Shown one piece after another: positions 59,860 through 64,000 of a stretch of 64,000 nucleotides of DNA. The DNA is from TPA_inf: Saccharomyces (taxonomy: Eukaryota). The position numbers and the translations under genes were made by a program. How positions within the stretch are numbered: position 1 is the stretch's first letter; every line of letters begins with the position of its first letter. Below the pieces are notes generated by a model. The model was not told where the DNA came from. It made no database searches and worked only from the letters and a program-made list of their open reading frames with translations. The DNA lies in the NCBI GenBank assembly GCA_000146045.2, contig BK006948.2, positions 608,001-672,000 of the forward strand. The letters run 5' to 3'.

Positions 59860-62241
59860 TCAAAGTCGCCATCGATCAACCTCTTGGGAAAGGATGGGTG
59901 GAGATGAACTGAAAGTATTTATAAATGGGTTGGTATTTCTGTGATGATCAATCAAAGCGTCATCACTGAGACATGCAGATTTATCATCCTCATCTAAGTA
60001 AAAGTGAGGAGGAAACGAATTATTGTCTATTTCTCCCGCAATCTGATTACTATCACTATCTTCGTTTTCATAGTCAAAAATATCAGAAGCTTGGGAAATT
60101 CCCGAGAAAGGAGCTGCGCTCGAGAATGAAGTAGATTGAAGATTCGGCGACGAGGGATGATTGTAGAAACAATGGGAATCCAATAATGATTGATAGTTGA
60201 CATATTTGAGATCACTCTTCCCATTCGAATGATCGTTTAGTATTGTACTGGCCCGGTTCTGAGATGAAGATGGTGCACTGGTGCTGTTTGCAGATGATTT
60301 ATTCTCCTTAACTGTTCCATTTTCTTTTGAGGGTTTGATTAACGTGTCTGTGGAATTGTTGATAGTCGAAGTTTTATTATTTTCGTCCATAGTAGTATCT
60401 GTAATAACACTTTGTTTGTCCTCATATGAATCCTCCAAAGAGGTAACCAAATTTTTACTATCGTTGTTATTAATAGTATTCTCATTTCTAAAGCCTCCGA
60501 AGAATGATGGAGTAGAAATCTCCGGCATTAGGGAATTTAATGAATGATTAAACAAATTGGCCGTTGTGAAGGTATCATTAGGTTCATATAGGTTCGCATA
60601 ATCAAAATTATCGAGCTCAGTAAGTGGGAAACTACAAGAGGCGGAAGAAGAATTTGTGGAGGAATTGTTTGAAGAAGCAAAGGATAATGAAGAGGAAATG
60701 GAGGAAGATGATGAAGAATATGACGATGAACCAGAATATAGTGATTGATGTTGAGATCCTAATATTGGTAGGTCAATACTATTACTGGCCGTTGGTGGGG
60801 CGAGCACATTGTTCTTATCTTTAGTTATTTTACCAGTTCTGGCGGTGTCGTTAGCCAAAGCAGAAGAAGGAGGAGGAGGGGTAGCATTTTCAAGTTTATC
60901 TAAAACAACGTTCAATCTCTTGGGCTTAACCCAGCTTGTCGTATCATTATGATAAAGATGTTTCAATGGAGATGTATTATAGTAATCTGTATCCTCGCTG
61001 AACTTTCTTGATTGAGGTAAAAACCTTGAAAGAGTGGGATTCGAGGAGACGAACCTTGCTTTCATTTCCTTCGGCGACATGGCTGCATCTGTTTGAGAAG
61101 CAGGCTCGACGACAACTGGAATCTTTTCCTTCGTTTCACCGCCCTTCTTGAAGGTAGTCATGAAAAGGTGATAATTTTTACCATTATTATTATCATAATA
61201 TGTTTCATTATTAACGTCATACCTGCAGCATAATTCAATGTTGAGTGGACAGCTGCTTGTATTCTTTTCCATAGTAATGATTCTTTTGATGAGTAAAATG
61301 TACTTCAAACTATTCAAATCAATTGTAAATTTAAACTCATCAACATTCGAATTTATCGTTCTATTAAAGTTGGCGGTAACGTAATGAATATCTCTCCAAG
61401 AGTTGAACGTAAATTTAATTTCCAAATACTTTTCAAAACTCAAGTTTTTGACGTACACTAGACCTGTAATTTTGCTTGAATCATCGCCTAATTGAGTGAG
61501 AGAATGCAGTTTTACATTTTGGCCATTTAAGTACTTTGTGAGCTGACCTTGCAAATCGGAGGCCGATAATGTTTTGGTAAATAGTGGAGGGGCTATCTTG
61601 AAGGGAACCAAGTCTGTGCAGTGAAGTTTCCAATCACATATATTTGTTGCCTGAGTAGCCAGTGAAGAGGTAGCAGATTTATTTTCAGAAGTTTTTCCTC
61701 GGGTAGATAAAGAATTATAGGTATACCCATACTCGGCCTGGCTATTGATGTGCTCGTCAATATCATCCTCATCTTCTGAATCATAAAGGTCCAACTTGAA
61801 CATGTTGTTTAAGGAATTCATATAACGAAACTTCTTTTCATTTTTCAGCAAGTTTGTGACCAACGAAGAATCATTGAACCAGCAGTCCTCATTGTTGAAA
61901 AGCTGGACGTCATCAGCAGCGGTATTGCTATCAACAGGGGATAATGTGGGTGAGTTTTCATTTGAGATAGAACTTGGCTCCGCGTTTTTATCAAATCTCT
62001 TAACAGTTGTTAATTCAATAGCAAAACGTACATTTTTCTCAGGTGATGTGCAGAAAATTTCTGACTTTGATCTTGAAATAGGTTCAGGGTGTGATATTTT
62101 CAAGGATGACTTTAATTTCCTAATCGGAGGGTGAGTGGGGCGACTTATAAGGCTGTCTGACATACTTTTAATCAAATCGTTATGAGGGAAAGAAGGTCTC
62201 GCCTTAGCTGGCGATAACGTAGTAGCAGTTTGTATTACCAT
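59860..62241 (-). CDS. GAC1: Glc7/PP1 glycogen-targeting regulatory subunit with a CBM21 starch-binding domain (793 aa)
   Basis: 793-aa ORF with ATG at 62239-62241. Central CBM21-like block (VYVKNLSFEKYLEIKFTFNSWRDIHYVTA), N-terminal PP1-docking region, long Ser/Asn-rich C-terminal low-complexity tail. Confidence 0.85.
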   Translation of the reverse strand: MVIQTATTLSPAKARPSFPHNDLIKSMSDSLISRPTHPPIRKLKSSLKISHPEPISRSKSEIFCTSPEKNVRFAIELTTVKRFDKNAEPSSISNENSPTLSPVDSNTAADDVQLFNNEDCWFNDSSLVTNLLKNEKKFRYMNSLNNMFKLDLYDSEDEDDIDEHINSQAEYGYTYNSLSTRGKTSENKSATSSLATQATNICDWKLHCTDLVPFKIAPPLFTKTLSASDLQGQLTKYLNGQNVKLHSLTQLGDDSSKITGLVYVKNLSFEKYLEIKFTFNSWRDIHYVTANFNRTINSNVDEFKFTIDLNSLKYILLIKRIITMEKNTSSCPLNIELCCRYDVNNETYYDNNNGKNYHLFMTTFKKGGETKEKIPVVVEPASQTDAAMSPKEMKARFVSSNPTLSRFLPQSRKFSEDTDYYNTSPLKHLYHNDTTSWVKPKRLNVVLDKLENATPPPPSSALANDTARTGKITKDKNNVLAPPTASNSIDLPILGSQHQSLYSGSSSYSSSSSSISSSLSFASSNNSSTNSSSASCSFPLTELDNFDYANLYEPNDTFTTANLFNHSLNSLMPEISTPSFFGGFRNENTINNNDSKNLVTSLEDSYEDKQSVITDTTMDENNKTSTINNSTDTLIKPSKENGTVKENKSSANSTSAPSSSQNRASTILNDHSNGKSDLKYVNYQSLLDSHCFYNHPSSPNLQSTSFSSAAPFSGISQASDIFDYENEDSDSNQIAGEIDNNSFPPHFYLDEDDKSACLSDDALIDHHRNTNPFINTFSSSPPILSQEVDRWRL

Positions 62242-62767
62242 GGTTTAAGCTCTTGTTCTATAGTAAGTTCCAGTTCCAACTTGTTTACAAAAATGAAGTT
62301 AAAATACAAAAATAAAAAATTCTCACCATCTACTAAGTACCAGCCTCTTATAGACAGTTAATGTGATGTATTATTATATCGATGATTAGCTGTAGCAATA
62401 ACTGTGTTTAATGCCAGAGGAGAGAAAAGAAAAAAAATATAGTTTTGGTAATGGATCAAAAAAGTTACAGAAGTAATCTTAAATCTCTCTTTTTGTTTTA
62501 TCGTTATCCGTTCCTTAACAAAAGTAAGAAAAAAGATGTAAGATAGACTATGGAAATAGTATATTATGCGTTATGTAATGGAAGGAAACTACAGATACGT
62601 ATATATATATATCAAATGCAGTGAAACTAAGGATACAAAAGGAGGTGAATGATGCCTGAAATAGCAATCCCTTATATAACAAATCACGTATAAGCATGAG
62701 AAAAGCTTTCCCCAGATTGCGAGAAAAAAAAAAAGATAGGGAGGGAAGGGAATCTAAGATATCAAAG

Positions 62768-62787
62768 AAAAAAAAAAAAAAAAAAAG
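62768..62787. repeat. 20-nt poly(dA:dT) tract in the GAC1 upstream region
   Basis: Uninterrupted run of 20 A. Probably nucleosome-excluding promoter architecture. A second 15-A run lies at 59735-59749 and a 12-T run at 54017-54028. Confidence 0.85.
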
Positions 62788-63137
62788 TAAAATTAGAGAG
62801 GAAAGACTGCGACAAATAGAGAAAAACTGTTGATTCGGGTTGTATTCGTTTCTTTTAGCAGTAGTTTTCTGTTGATTTGACGTACGTTGATTCACCCCCT
62901 GATGTTTTTTAGGCCACTGCCCCACTCTGCTGCAGATAACCGCCCATAACCCAGTGAGTATTTTTTTCGCCGCGTCCTCCTTGATTGTCTGTCTGGTGTT
63001 CTTTTAGCTTGGCTGTTACCAGCCTGCAGATCCACGCCACGCCATCTCACTTACGGACGAGGACGCTCTTCATTTGCTGCATTCATAAGAAGGGGCAAAA
63101 AAAAGAGGTTTGTCGCCGCTTTGGAGCAGCGCGTCTT

Positions 63138-63145
63138 TCCGCGGA
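63138..63145. promoter_or_regulatory. Orphan perfect PDRE TCCGCGGA in a GC-rich island about 900 bp upstream of GAC1
   Basis: Exact palindromic TCCGCGGA with the same T-rich 5' flank (gtctttccgcggaag) as the PDR5 PDRE at 11349 (ctctttccgcggaat) and the YRR1 PDRE (aatttccgcggatt). Function unverified. Confidence 0.35.
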
Positions 63146-64000
63146 AGAAATATAGTTTTCGGACCGAGAAGAAGCCACCACATCCCACTACTCGCTCAAT
63201 ACGATGTGTGGAGAATGCATGGTCTCTACGCATTTTGTATGACGGAGCTTACGTAAGCCGTTTCCTGCGGGGTGCGTCAATAGACCTTGACACTGCTGTG
63301 GTACTCCCGCCTTTCCTTTGTTTGCGTAACAGATCTCGGAAATTACATGGTGCGTGCTCGGGCTTTTTGTGATAAGAGTACTCCAGCACCGATTATTGGT
63401 GTTTACGGAGGCGCTTCGTAGCATTGCAGATACACACAAAACTAAGAGTAATAAAAATAGCTACGTAAAACAAGATTGGTTAAACTTTATTGTGCCGCTT
63501 GTGTACATTCGTATTCCGAAAAAGTAAGGTGAAATCACCGTCACCGATGCTCATGCAGCTACTCCTCACCTTTTAAGGTTGAAATCCGCTTGTCCTTGAG
63601 TAATATTCCTACGTATTATGGAAATAATGTACGAATCTGTGTCTATGTATGCCTCATAATTACAACAGTGTTGTTGCTTCTTCCTTATTTAGCCATAGAT
63701 ACGCTGGTTTGCGTTCTCCGCCCCCGCACCTACCATTTCCTTGGCGAAGTAGTTATATGGGGAAAACTCAACAACTTGTTACATAATCCACCAATAATTC
63801 AGATGAAAGCACATACAAGAAAATAAAAAGGTAAGTAATGACGTTCAGCACAATGGAGTTGTTAATTTCTGGCCAATGCTTAGTATGCTCTCCACTCTTC
63901 CCTTTAGTGGGTTCGAATTACAATCAATCAGCTTCATGGTGGAGAAATCGATCGTGGCTTTACTCTTGCCTATGGTGACGCTACCATTCTTTACATTTTC

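Noticed and set aside
62242-64000. A gene in the 1.76-kb region beyond GAC1 (ORFs of 125 aa at 62548-62925, and 60-83 aa ORFs around 63050-63440)
   Set aside because: The 125-aa ORF is in an AT-rich, homopolymer-rich promoter-like stretch, with a poly-F translation from the poly-A tract. The others lack ATG-start support. They are reported only as context for the orphan PDRE finding, not as features.

Overview
This window is ordinary, well-studied nuclear DNA from Saccharomyces cerevisiae: the right arm of chromosome XV, running from the 3' end of YOR147W (MDM32) to YOR178C (GAC1). It is a dense, intron-free array of about 30 protein-coding genes in alternating orientations. Recognisable genes are RPB2, PDR5, SLP1, ISN1, NFI1/SIZ2, PUP1, PET123, SME1, MTR10, PNS1, YRR1, DDP1, GET4, SEY1, SWT1, RPS28A, GLN4, LCB4, YRM1, DCS2, MED4, ALE1, HEM15, MPC54 and GAC1. 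There is one Pol III gene, tRNA-Val(AAC), with a cluster of Ty1/Ty2 delta LTRs upstream of it. One of these is an intact solo delta flanked by a 5-bp ATAGT target-site duplication. There are no CRISPR arrays, prokaryotic-style operons or defence islands; this is eukaryotic. I do not see evidence of a genuinely undescribed system. The ORF track allows non-ATG starts (GTG, TTG), so several listed ORFs are longer than the real genes; I corrected those starts to the first ATG. The most notable content is a pleiotropic-drug-resistance regulatory neighbourhood. It holds PDR5 with four PDRE sites upstream, the paralogous Zn2Cys6 regulators YRR1 and YRM1, and a PDRE in the YRR1 promoter. A fourth perfect PDRE with the same T-rich 5' flank sits in an unannotated GC-rich island upstream of GAC1. 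That site, a second GC-rich island between PNS1 and YRR1, and an unassigned 340-bp segment between LTRs are the items most worth a second look. All gene identities come from reading the translated ORFs and local synteny from memory, with no database search.
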